A program made the translations under genes and the position numbers. This document shows positions 1 through 11,800 of a DNA stretch of 64,000 nucleotides, piece after piece. The stretch is taken from assembly GCA_051362555.1 (NCBI GenBank), contig CM120648.1, positions 15,248,587 through 15,312,586 on the forward strand. The letters run 5' to 3'. How positions within the stretch are numbered: position 1 is the first letter of the stretch; each line of letters opens with the position of its first letter. This stretch comes from Lingula anatina. Lineage: Eukaryota > Animalia > Brachiopoda. A model generated the notes under the pieces. It was not told the origin of the DNA. It searched no databases and was given only the letters and a program-made list of their open reading frames with translations.

Positions 1-195
1 TCTTCTAAAAAAAACTGCTCCCTGGTTCTTGACGGAATAACGTCAGAACAGTTATTGTTTGCAAAGTGTGATATTCTTGGTACTGACAGCGTTCATTCAA
101 TTTTAATTGAACTGTTAAAACAGTCATCCCTGATGACTTTGCGGATGCAATATTTGTACCAATATTAAAATGACCAAATCTCAACCCAAACCTCA
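1..195 (+). pseudogene. Degraded LINE ORF2 fragment (region just before the RT domain)
   Basis: Broken frames read ...LDGITSEQLLFAK...IPDDFADAIFVPILK*PNLNPN, resembling the SPGxDGI...IxPIxK motif of non-LTR ORF2; has a stop and a frameshift. Confidence 0.45.
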
Positions 196-1022
196 TAGAA
201 TTTGAGATCCCAATAAACGCAACCAGCAACCATTCATCAATTCTTACAAACATTCCACAATATTTTGACAAACCAAATTCAGACAAAACACCAATCACTT
301 TCAATGAAAACTTCCTTAGTGAATGTGTACAGTAGGCAAAAACGAAAAGTTATGTGAAGTCTCTAATCTAAGACCAACAAGTAACCAAATCCAAGCGATA
401 ATATTTGACAACAAGCATAGCATCAAATAGTTTTGTGAGTTCACATTTTTGCCACAGTGTCAAGTCATCAATTGAAAGACTAGGGAAAAACAATATTTTA
501 ACATATAAAATTTATAAACTCACACCTTTGAATGCGAGGAAAACTCAACCAAAACAGGCTGTGACTTTTGCATAATGAAAGTTCCATGCAACTGTGCAGT
601 CCAACATTCCACTATATAATCTGAAGTGCCGAATAATAGTGCCTACCGGAATAATTGTGTTTATAAAATCAACAAAGTGCACTTTATTTGCTCCATTTTT
701 ATCAGTGAATATACGTAAACTATAAAAACACACAGCAGGCGGGCTGAATTTCGGAACATGAAGTGACAGAGAAAGTGTATTTGTGACATGTGACTAAATG
801 TTGTCGAGAACAGTTGCCTTGTTTCGCTATCTCATATACTTCAAATAAGGCACAGAACTGCAAAAACAAGGCACTCACAGGGAGATAGTAACTGCTGGTT
901 ATTTTTAGGCATATGCGCATGCGTATTTCCGTTACTACTAAATCAAGTGCTCAGAAGCATGGGATTACGTACAGTATATAAACAGAATGCCAACTTTAGA
1001 CCCAAGATAAGCAAATCAAAAT

Positions 1023-1500
1023 AAATCTAGACAAGGCCATGGAGGCAACAAAACAGGGACAAACAATTTTTCAATCATTGGCAGAACCCCTGCTATCTGG
1101 AGAGCTAAAATTACCAGATACAGAACTCAACATTTGAGAAATACTGTTGTATGCAGCTTTGGGCATTGTAAGTTTTGGTCTAGTGTTCTCACTTGGTTTA
1201 GCATATAAACGTAAAGTCCTATCCACCACTCTGCTAGCCGTTGGTCATGCAAAAGGGAATCCTGCACCTGTCTTCAGATACACAACATACATCACCACAA
1301 CATCACCAACAACGGAATATTTTGACCTGTACAAAGCACTAACACATGAAATTGCAACTCCCATTTACTTTCTGATCATCTTTTTACTGCAAATTTTTAT
1401 TGCAATATGTGTCAGGCAAAAAGAAAGCCCATAACTACCTTGCCTAGGAGATAACAGGAGAAAGTGAGTGTTATGGTCCCAATGACAAAAATTAAATCCT
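1023..1500 (+). pseudogene. Membrane-protein remnant, possibly the env-like C-terminus of an old LTR element
   Basis: Frame of ORF 1147-1434 extends upstream through a stop (NLDKAMEATKQGQTIFQSLAEPLLSGELKLP...); two hydrophobic segments flank a Thr-rich stretch; Cys-containing broken frames at ~200-460 may be the ectodomain. Confidence 0.35.
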
Positions 1501-1646
1501 GTCCTAACGAATTAACTATAGAAGGTTCACCGTTGGTGAAAACATCACTTTTGTTATAGGATTAATTAACAGCAAAGATTATATATAATTGAATGGGGAA
1601 ACAGTTTGTATTTGGGACACGCCCAAACTGATGTGCAGATATTCTT

Positions 1647-2004
1647 CAGACATGCTGAAACTGTCGGTCCGATCAGTCATGACCAGGAAAATTTGTCTGG
1701 ACCGGTAAAAATTTGGAAGTGGTCAGTCCAAAGGGCAGACAAGAGTTTTAAGAGCAGCAATTTTGAATTTAGAGTCATCGTTTGACATACTTCCCTAATG
1801 AGATTATATAAAACCCAAAGCGTTTTTCCCTTCCATTTCAAACCTATCACATTCACAAACAAAGTAAGCTGCCTAATATTACTGGTAGTATCGGTCTCAA
1901 ACGAATAGGGTAATTTTCGGTCCGACAAAAATCCATTGGTCTGGCAAATTTTTTACTACTGCCAGTCCAAATATCCGGCCACTGAAAAGTTTTCAGCATG
2001 TCTG
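1647..2004. mobile_element. Non-autonomous hAT-like MITE with 5-bp TSD
   Basis: TIR CAGACATGCTGAAA...TTTCAGCATGTCTG; TTCTT on both flanks. Confidence 0.75.
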
Positions 2005-2186
2005 TTCTTACTCATCACTAGGAACATTCTTGTGACTATCTTATTTTAAGAAACCAGTCAAATAGCCAATAATATCAATTGTTAGTAATGGCAAAACTGT
2101 TCGTCTGCTTTGCACACTCCACTCTACACTTGACCTATTTTTGACTAAAATAGATTTTGCGCAGCGTGTTCATCTACTTAGCGACC

Positions 2187-2550
2187 ATGCCTCCGAAAAA
2201 GCAATTATTAATAGACAGTAGCCAACAGACAATATTGAATATATTTAAGGTGAGACAGAGTCAAGCCAAGTTAGAGAAAACTTCTGAGACAGTAATCGCT
2301 GTGACTGCCTTTGAGGCTGAGAGTGAGAGTGACGCGGATGAATGTTTGACGGAGGCAAAAACGGAGTCAAAAAGGAAAATCAGGAAAAAAAGGATGTGAG
2401 AGGGTTTTTTCATGTCAAAATAGTATATTGAAAAAGGACAGATGTCGTCTTAATGTTGAAACCCAGAACAACGCCAAGTCTGATGACTATAATTTGGCTA
2501 TTGATTTGTGGCAAAAGGACAAGGAAAGGCAGATATATGAACTGAAGTAA
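2187..2550 (+). pseudogene. Internally deleted hAT transposase remnant
   Basis: N-terminal MPPKKQ... joined out of frame to CERVFSCQNSILKKDRCRLNVET...AIDLW (2395-2550), the CERxFS motif of the hAT dimerisation domain. Confidence 0.6.
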
Positions 2551-3113
2551 ACTCGCCACTGTCATATTGCTTAAATAAAGAAACTTGAAAAAAATAAAAG
2601 TAACAAATTGTTAGTTTTGTGGTAACCTTTATTGTTCAAAATGACAGGGATCCATCACAATCGGCAGGGACCCATTGTTCAATATCATGTGCATCCTGTT
2701 GGACTCATAATATTTAAAGGTAAAATGATCACTGCTATGTAGCCACCTTTGTCTGTATTTTATTGTATATATTGTGACGATGTAGTGTGTTAGTTGAGAT
2801 TGTTTTATATTGCTACCGGTAGATGTCTCTATAAGTAAAGTGTTACCCGGTGTGCAAGTTTGAATCTCTCCCGTGATTGGTAACTTAAATGTAAAACTGC
2901 TCACTGTATAATTGGTTCTGATTGGTAAACGTGTACTATCTGAACTTGTATATAAGGTCCGAATTGAAATAAATCGCTCTCTTTGTTGGGACTTTTGGCT
3001 CTAGCCTCTGTGTTCTTGGCTCTTTTGGTCCTCTTTGCGGCTCTCTTTGGCTCTTTATGGCTCTTAACTCTGAGATACCAGTAAGTACATTGTTATTTGT
3101 ACCTTCATAAGGC

Positions 3114-5712
3114 TAGGGGTGGGCAAATGACAAAATTTTTTTTTAAACAGGTGGATTCTATGGCCATTTTTGCTGCTGAACACAAATCTGACAATATTTT
3201 TTACCAAAGCTAAAGATTTATATTGGTATCTGCTATTTGTTTGTGAAAAAAGGCGGGAAATGGCTTTTTGGTCATATTTTCACAGTAAAGTACATAAAAA
3301 TGATGTGTAATATGTCTTTCTATATGTTTTGAGGGTTGCTGAGTTCAAATATGAGCATATTCAAGACATTGGCAATATTGTTAGGGTGACATCTGTAAAA
3401 ATATGTTATTTAAAACAAACATATACATAAAATACAAACTTCGAGCCTAAGATAAATATAAATAATGGCCATTATGTACATACTGAATTCATGGATTACA
3501 GTTTGGTATAAAAACAATGCTGAAAATACCTTCATGGATGTGTACCAACAAATTTTACGCTGTATAATTTTCCTTTTCTTCAGAACAGGTAAAACTTTGT
3601 CAGGTGACATCAACCTCTTACAACCTCTAAGCTCTTGACCTTGGAATAGTACTTAGTTTCAGTTGTGTAGTTTAAGAGTATCTCACCACAACCATGAAAG
3701 CATCAACAAGAAATACACTGAGACCAGAAGGCACTGTAAAGCCCCCTGTCACATTTATTTGGAATCTGAAGTAATCAAGCAGAATGAGCCATAATGAAGA
3801 ATTTTCAAAATTCGCGCCACATTCGTTGGGTAATTTCAAATTGACCTTAATTCCAGCAAGAATACCTCAGAATGCGCTTCGAACCCACCTGGAATGATTC
3901 GTGCACATTTCAGTTGTATTGTATTAGCTCTCAAATGCAGCTCGAATGTAGTTGGAACACATTAGGAATATCGTTAATGCTAATGCCGTTCACCCTAAAT
4001 ATAGTGAGAATATTTAGAATGCACTTCAAATGCCATACAAGTGTGGTTTCATTGTTGGCTGAATCCCAGCCTGCAATCAAGATGCATTCCAGTTGCATTC
4101 CTGCTCATTGGAGGCACAATGTGGAACATTCTGACAAGATTTGAAGCACCTTGCCATTTCGGTTCTCCCTCGAATGTGATCAAAATGTTTCGAATGCTGT
4201 TGGAATTTCGTAAGAATTTTAAGAATGCGCTCATAGTGCAGTTAGAATACACTTGAATGCCATTCGATATTTTTCCACTTGGAAAGCACTTCGAAAGTTT
4301 TGAGAATGAGCAAAATATTTTAACAGGACGCAAGAATGGACCCAAACATTTAGAATGCGCTTAGAATTTTAAGATACTTCAAATATCCAGGAACAAACAA
4401 GAAATTTTTATTCCGACTACATTCTAGCTCATTCCGCCTCTAGTGTGACTAGGTTATAAATGAAGACAATAAGGATATTGTCACCGTTCACCCAAAACTC
4501 CTTATTTACTGCCTTACATACATTCTTTTCGGTGATAAATAAATTTTCAGTGTTCAGTGATTACATTAATTAACATTTACACATGTCATCTTACGGGTGA
4601 CGGTATAATTGCAGTTTGGGGGTAAAAACTGAAAGATCGGTTTCTCTAATGTCTGTTTTACCTGAACACCCGTGATCACTATTTCAAAGCCAATTTAATG
4701 ACACCATTTAGTACCCCAAAACCCTGCCAGCGATTTTTTAAAAGCCTTAGTTCAGATTTGATCGTTGATAAAGCAAAATAATACCTTTGTTTTTAGAAGA
4801 TCGGTCATTACGGACTCATGACTCCATAACAAAAGCATTTAAACCATAACGTTGGCATGGGATTGTAGCTCATGCCCTTGTGGTCCATTGGCCAATCCTT
4901 GTGATAAAATCTTGTTCAGGGATGAAGTTAAGCCCTGTATGCATTGCTAACTAATCTCAAAAAAGAAAGCTGTTAAATAGATGATTAAAGCTTTGAGTTG
5001 CTTATGCTTATAAATACATTGCAACGAAAAAATATAAACGCCGTTATTTCATATTTTCAAGAGTTTTTTCATTGTTTCAAAGCAGCACAAAGACAGATAC
5101 ATTATTGAATAATTAGATGCAGGAAAAAACTCATTTTCGGTATCTGGATGGTAATAAAGAGTAACAATATCCTTAATGCTCTGCTACTGAGTGTTCTACT
5201 GTAAATATTCCCATATGTAACTAACATTATGCTATTCTATATGTCAAAACTTTTCAGTTTCATGTGATCCTTGAACAATACTGACCATATTTGTTGTATT
5301 ATTGTTTTTCCTAATTTAAAAGCCACAGTTGCATATAAACATTTGTATTTATGTACACAGAAATGGTGATTTTGAGGTGATTGTTACCTCAAATTGACCA
5401 AAAAATCCTCTTTTTAACCCAAAATGAAGTGACCCAACCAAAATGATGTATCTATTTATGCTCATTGATCATGAAATCATATGGTTAGACATATAAAAAG
5501 CCATGTTTGAACTGATATTTAAAGATTTACATGAGAAACATGTGATTTGAGGGAGCGTTTGGTGGCCATTTTGAAAAATCACCTGATACCAATATCAGAT
5601 GTAATTTAAAATGAAGATACTTATTAGATTTGTATTCAGCAGGCAAAATGGCCATAGAATCCACTTGTCTGAAATTAAATTTCCCAAAAAAGCTTTCATT
5701 TGCCCACCCCTA
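3114..5712. mobile_element. Non-autonomous DNA transposon inside the LTR; 7-bp TSD (hATw-like)
   Basis: 17-bp perfect TIR TAGGGGTGGGCAAATGA; ATAAGGC duplicated at 3107-3113 and 5713-5719; the 3' LTR shows the empty site; no transposase ORF. Confidence 0.9.
3740..4456. mobile_element. PIF/Harbinger-like MITE nested in the 3114-5712 element
   Basis: Imperfect TIRs (CCTGTCACA / TGTGACTAGG), TAA on both flanks, interior rich in GAATG/CATTC. Confidence 0.5.
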
Positions 5713-5743
5713 ATAAGGCACTCGGCCGCGAAGGCGTAACAAT

Positions 5744-5762
5744 TGGCGCAGTCGACAGGATT
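5744..5762 (+). promoter_or_regulatory. Primer binding site of element 1 (tRNA-Ser-like)
   Basis: TGGCGCAGTCGACAGGATT 2 nt after the LTR end; close to the complement of a tRNA-Ser 3' end. Confidence 0.75.
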
Positions 5763-6195
5763 GAGTTTGTGTTGCTTATTAATTGACAGGATATTATTTT
5801 GTGAAGCTAACGTCATTAGAGGATACAATTTGTGTAGCATATGTTTTTAAATTGACAGAATTCAATTTGTGTAGCTAACGTGATCAGTTTACAGGATAGA
5901 ATTTGTGTAGCTTATGTAGTTAGCAGATATAATTAGTAGTTATTAGTGTTATTGGAATTTTTGAAAAGCTTTGTGTATGACTGAGTGAGAGTTGGAAAGA
6001 AAGTGACACGTGTTAGACAGGACTTGTTGCAAGACGCGAACTAGTCGGGACATATTGCAGTGATATTTCATTTTCATTGTTGTTTGATACTTGAGGCAAT
6101 TCAGTAAATATTTTCAAAGTAGTATTCATTTTAGTAGTTTAGAGATATTTGGTATTAATTTTCTGTTGTGATACTACAACTGCAGAGACATTGTG

Positions 6196-6264
6196 GACCA
6201 CGTGTACTGAGTAGTAGTCGGAAAGACCACGTGTACTGAGTAGTAGTCGGACAGACCACGTGTA
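6196..6264 (+). repeat. 29-bp tandem repeat (~2.4 copies) in the leader of element 1
   Basis: GACCACGTGTACTGAGTAGTAGTCGGA(A/C)A units start at 6196, 6225, 6254. Confidence 0.85.
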
Positions 6265-6723
6265 ATCACAGGCCCGTGCTTGTATACAGTGTAGAGCCTT
6301 GTGTAGTGATTAGAATACAGAACATAATTTAGTGAGTTTATTTACAAAGAAAAGCAGTTATTTAAAATAAAGGTTTCAAATTTGTGTTTTTCACTGACTT
6401 GCTGAATGAAGGAGTGAGTGTGAATTGTTTATTGTATATTTTTATCAATATTGCAATAGCATATATTGATAGAGTACTATTCTACCTTGTTCGTCTGTGT
6501 TGAAGGTGTTTTCATCATAGGTGTACATGTGAGTAGGTTGAATAGTGTGAGAGATTTTGTTTGTATTTACTGTGAAGTTTAGTAGTGGCTTTTTGCTGAA
6601 ACTTTCTTCAAACAGTAAAGTGTGGTAGTGGTGAAAGTATTTTATTGTGTAGGTTTTGTGGCACAGCTGCATTGCTATTATCAATAAAATTGTGTAATAG
6701 GTTGTGGGAAACTGGAAGTGAAA

Positions 6724-8777
6724 ATGGCGTCGGGTATTGTGGAAAGTAGTGTTGTGTTGAATGTGCAGACAGCATCTGAGACAGAATTGAAAAATTTAAA
6801 AGGAATTGGTCCAGTGAAAGCTCATAGATTGGTGTCTTTGAGAAATCAAAAAGGAAAATTGTTGTTGAGTGATTTGGAAGAAATTACTGGTATAAGTGTG
6901 GCAGATTGGCAGAAATGGGAAAAGAAGGGTATTGTGATTCTGGGTGTAATGGAAGAAAAAGATGAAGGTTCAAAAGTTGGAGATGAGAAAAAGGAAGAGA
7001 GTGTGAATTGGGAAGAAAAGTATAGAAAGTTGATGGAGCGAGTGAAGGTACAAAATGAAATGATATCAAATCTTCGAGATGAGGTTGAAGAAGCTGGTGA
7101 AAAGATAGAATTTTTATCTAGTGAATTGGAGATGAATGATGTTAAAGTGAAAAAGTTGGAAGTTGAAAATTCAGAAATGGTAATTGATTACAAAAAGTTG
7201 AAACAAGAGAGGAATGCTTTGGAAATGAAAAAAATGCATTGGAAGATGATAAATCTGTATGGGAAAATGAAAAGAGGGCATTGGAAAGAGAGAAATATGC
7301 TTTGAAAAATGAAAAGTATAGTTTAGAGAGTGAGAAGTGTGATTTGAAAATTGAAAATGATATGTTGAAAGAAAGAAATGTAAAAATTCAGAGCGAGTTG
7401 GGAAAAACTAAACAAGTGTTGATGAAAAAAGAAATGGAAATGGAGGAAGAGTGTAGAGAGTATTCCACAAAAGTAATGTTACATACTCAGGTTGAAACAC
7501 AGAATGAACTGTTGAGAAAACGTGTAGAAAATTTGCAAAAGTGTGAAATTGAAAAAATGGATTTGAAATTGCAATTGGATGAAATGACAGCGCGTCATGA
7601 TCATTTGCAAACTCAGTATGAAAGAATGAATTTACAACATGATTTAGAAAAAATCCCAAGACCAACTCCTAGAAATATTAAAAGTAGACCCACACCTGCA
7701 CCTAGAAGTAATAAAAAGAAAAGTTTGGAAACCCCTGTGAAAAAACCAATACTGAAAATAGAAGAGAGTGATAGTGAAAGCGAAAGTGAATCTGAATGTG
7801 AACAGAAAAGAGTCCCTTTAGTTGAAAGAGAAAAAGGACCTGTTCATAAAATGCCTAGTTTTAGTGGAAATGGAAGAGAAAATTGGGAAGCTTTTGTATT
7901 TAAGTTTAAAGGAATGGCAGAAAGATATGGATGGAATGATAAAAGAAAAACTAGCAGAATGATTGAATGTTTGGAAGACAGAGCTCTTGAGTACGCGGTG
8001 GAGTTTGGAAACTGCAAATATAAACGTTTGAAAGAAGTGATGTCAAAACGTTTTAGTATGAAAGAGTTTGCTTCATCTGCACGTAGAGCACTTCAATCAA
8101 TGAGACAGGGTGAAAGTGAATCTTTGCAAGATTTTTCTCATCGTGTGTTCATGGCATCTAGAGAGGGATATGCAGGTGGTGAGGGAATAGCTGTGGATTC
8201 ATTTTTGAGAGGGTGTCGTGACAAATAATCTGCAAAATTGGCTATGGATAAAGAGCCTAAAGATTTATTTGAAGTGTTAGAGTTTGTGAAAGTTGCAAAC
8301 AATAACTTCAAAGCAGTGTATGGTACAGGTGGCAGAAATGTGCATATTAGACAAGTTGGAATGTCTGATCAGAGTGTGGAGAATGGAAGTAATAACCAAT
8401 TACTCTACAATATGCAAAGAACCATGTCTGCTATGTGTGATCAGATGAAAAGAATGAATGATGCATGGGTGTCACCGTCAAATTCTCAGAGAAATTCTGG
8501 TAGAATGATAAAGTCACCACAGAATGGAAACGTAAATCAAAGTAGAGGGGGTCCACCACAATGTTTTAAATGTGGAGAAAGAGGTCATGTTCAAAGGGAT
8601 TGTAAAAATGAAATTGTAGAACATCCACCTAATCCCAATGTTAGTAAAAATGCCAGCCCAAGTTCTATTTACATTTGTCATAAATGTGGACAGAGAGGTC
8701 ACATTCAAACAAATTGCCCTCAAAATAGAGAAATGCCAAAGAATCCTCCTCCCGGTGCAAGAAATTCGGTAAACTAG
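6724..8777 (+). pseudogene. gag: Gag of element 1: HhH domain, coiled coil, capsid-like region, two CCHC knuckles; one frameshift (~7230) and one stop (8226)
   Basis: ORFs 6718-7305, 7239-8228, 8238-8777; MPSFSG..WEAF..KF and Q..GESLQDF capsid motifs; CFKCGERGHVQRDC and CHKCGQRGHIQTNC. Confidence 0.88.
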
Positions 8778-8833
8778 TACGGGACGAATTGACCGACCGG
8801 ATTTCGGATCCCTTATTTCATGTTGAAGGTCGG
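8768..8833 (+). promoter_or_regulatory. Putative -1 programmed ribosomal frameshift signal (slippery site plus pseudoknot)
   Basis: G_GTA_AAC directly before the gag stop; pol is in the -1 frame and open from here; 6-nt spacer; stem 1 8781-8788 with 8803-8812; stem 2 CCGACC 8793-8798 with GGTCGG 8828-8833. Confidence 0.65.
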
Positions 8834-11800
8834 ATTATGGATAGTGGAAATGTGAAAATGATGAATGTTGGAGATTTAGTGGGAGAAAATTTTGTGATTC
8901 CTGTTAGTGTAGGTGGTGTGAAAACATTAGCAGTTGTGGATACAGCAGCTCAATTTACTATTGTAAATAAAAGATTTTATAGTAAATTGCAGGGTGTGCC
9001 TGAGTTTTGCGAGACTCTGAAATTAATGCTTGCTGGAAAAAATGCATTTATGATGGGTCATAGAGTAGAAAATTTGAGTATTGAGATAGATGGGATAGAA
9101 TATAAGGAAAATGTGTATGTTGCAGATTTGCAAGAAGGAATTGATATGTTGTTGGGATTGAAGTTTTTGAAGGAGAGAAATTGTGTAGTGAATTTAGTTG
9201 ATCATACTTTGATCATTGGAGAAAAATGTGTGCAGGGAAGCATAGAAGGTGACTCTGATTTGAGTAAAGTGAATGGTGAGACAGAAGCTAAAAGTGATGA
9301 GAAATGTGTTGATGAATTAGAGAGAGAAGTTGAAATTTGTGAAAATATCATGAGAACGAAAAAGAGAATAGTAGTTCCTCCATTGACAGTGATGAGAATT
9401 TCTGTTTGTGCAGATTATGAGTTAGAGAAAAAGAAAGAGTATGTAACAGAACCTTGTGTTGATAGACAAGTGTTGGTATCTTGTGCATTAGTTAAAGGTG
9501 ATGATGTTGTTCCTGTAGAAATTGTGAATGATGGAGAAAGAAATGCCGTTTTGAAAGCAGGTAGTGTGTTAGGTGTTATTAAGGAAGTTGAGACAGTTGA
9601 TTCTGAAGTGAGATGTAAAGAATATGTAGATGGAAAAGCTAGGGTGTCTGCTGTGAATTAAGTTGAAATGAAGTTGAAAATAGATGAAAATATGGATAAA
9701 GAAGAAGTGATGAGAAGTTTGAAAAGAGATTTGCCTGAACATTTGCAAGATTTATTTGAAAGAACAAGTGAGGAGCTTGATTCAAATGAAATGGTTGCAT
9801 TGTGTGAAACTTTGAGAGATTATGAAGATGTATTTGCAAAGCATGATCTTGATTTAGGATGTATGAAAGGTGTTAAGCATACTATTAACACTGGTATTGC
9901 AGCTCCTGTGAAACAGAAATTGTGTAGAACTCCATTGGGAATGGAAGGAGAAGAGAGAAAGATGCTTGAAAAGTTGTTAGCTTCTGATATTATTCAGCCA
10001 TCAAATTCTGAATGGGCTTCCCCACCAGTATTGATAAGAAAGAAAGATGGGAGTGTTAGATGGTGTGTGGATTACGGGGAATTAAATAAGAAAACTATCA
10101 AAAATTCTTATCCTATTCCAAACATTGGTGATTGTTTAGATTGTCTGGCTGGAAATCAATTTTTGAGTTTGATTGATATGGCTCAAGGATATTTTCAAAT
10201 TGAGATTGATGAGAAAGATAGAAACAAAACTGCTTTTATCACCAGATATGGTCTGTATGAGCATAAGAGAATGGCTATGGGACTTACGAATTCTCCTGCA
10301 AGTTTTTCAAGAGCAATGCAGTGAGAGGTTTGACTTGGGAGAAAGTGTTAGTGTACCTGGATGATATCACAGTGTTGGGAAAGAATTTTGAAGATCATCT
10401 TAAGAATTTGAAAGAGGTTTTGGAGAGATTGCGTTCTTACAACTTGAAGTTAAAGCCTAAGAAATGTTTTCTTTTCCAAACAAAGTGTGAATTCTTAGGA
10501 AAGTCAATCAGTAGAAAAGGTGTTGGTATAACTGAAAGTAAGATTGAGTGTGTTAGAAAGTGGCCAGTACCTACAAACAAAAAGGAAGTTGAAACATTCC
10601 TTGGTTTCATAAATTATCATAGAGATCATATTCCTCAATTTGCTGAGAAAACTGCTTGTTTGTATGAGTTGACAGGGAATAAAAGTGTTTTCAATTGGTT
10701 AGATGAACATCATATAGCATTTGAAAGTTTAAAACAAGAGTTAACAACTGCCCCTTGTTTAGCCTTTCCTTTGTCTGAAGGTGAATTTATACTTGATACA
10801 GTATAGGAGCAGAACTTTCACAGATACAACATGGTGAAGAGAAGGTTATTGCTTATGGAAGTAAAATTATGTCACCTATACAGCGGCGTTATTGTACAAC
10901 TAGAAAAGAGCTCTTGGCTGTTGTAAACTTCTGTAGACAATATAGACATTATTTGTCGGGAAGAAAGTTCAGAATCCGAACAGATCATCATAGTTTAGTG
11001 TGGTTGTTAGGATTTAAAAACCCAGATGGTCAGTTAGCAAGATGGTTAGAAGAATTATCTCAGTATAATTTTACCACTGAACATAGACCAGGAAAGAAGC
11101 ATGGAAATGCAGATGCATTATCAAGAATACCTTTAGCTATGAAAGAGTGTGATTGCTATAAGGTGGGAGTGAAATTGAGTGACTTACCCTGTGGAGGATG
11201 TCATTATTGTCAGAGAGTACATAAAAATTGGTCAAGGTTTGAGACTGATGTGAATGATGTAATTCCTCTGGGAAATAAGAAATCAGATGACAATGTAATT
11301 GAATCGAATGCAGTTGGTGATATGAAGAATGAAACAAATTGTGAGAAATTGAGTTCAGTTTTGATGTGTCAGAGGGCTGATACAAATGAAAAAACTGACA
11401 AGAATGAAAGAGATGAATTATGCAATTGGTTGAAAGGATATGACTTGAAAAAATTGCAGAGAAAAGATGCAGATTTGAAAATAATCATAGGTTGGTTAGA
11501 GAATGGTGAACCTAAAGAATCAGAGTTGTATTTGTGTAGTATGGCAGTGAAAGGATTGTGGAATTGCAAAGAGCAATTGATTCTTTTGAATGATGTGTTA
11601 TATTACAAATGGGAAGAAAGAGAGGATAGAAATTTGTGTTTAATTGTACCAAAAGATTTGGTCAATGAAGTTTTATTTTTCTGTCATGATTCAAAAACAG
11701 CTGGTCATTTTGCTTATGAGAAAACTTTGCAAAAACTCAAACAATCATTCAAGTGGCATAGAATGAATAGAGATTGTAAATTGTATGCGAGTTCATGTGA

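Larger units (their letters stand above)
2773..5741 (+). repeat. 5' LTR of element 1, split by a 2.6-kb insertion (LTR parts 2773-3113 and 5720-5741)
   Basis: Matches 14905-15265 up to ...CATAAGGC and resumes after the insertion with ACTCGGCCGCGAAGGCGTAACA. Confidence 0.93.

Noticed and set aside
3872-4345. Overlapping ORFs of 71-98 aa
   Set aside because: Inside a GAATG-rich MITE; no recognisable domain
6196-6264. 29-bp repeats as a CRISPR array or hammerhead ribozyme
   Set aside because: Units are head-to-tail with no spacers, in a eukaryotic retrotransposon leader; CTGAGTA is not the CUGANGA core and the stems do not close
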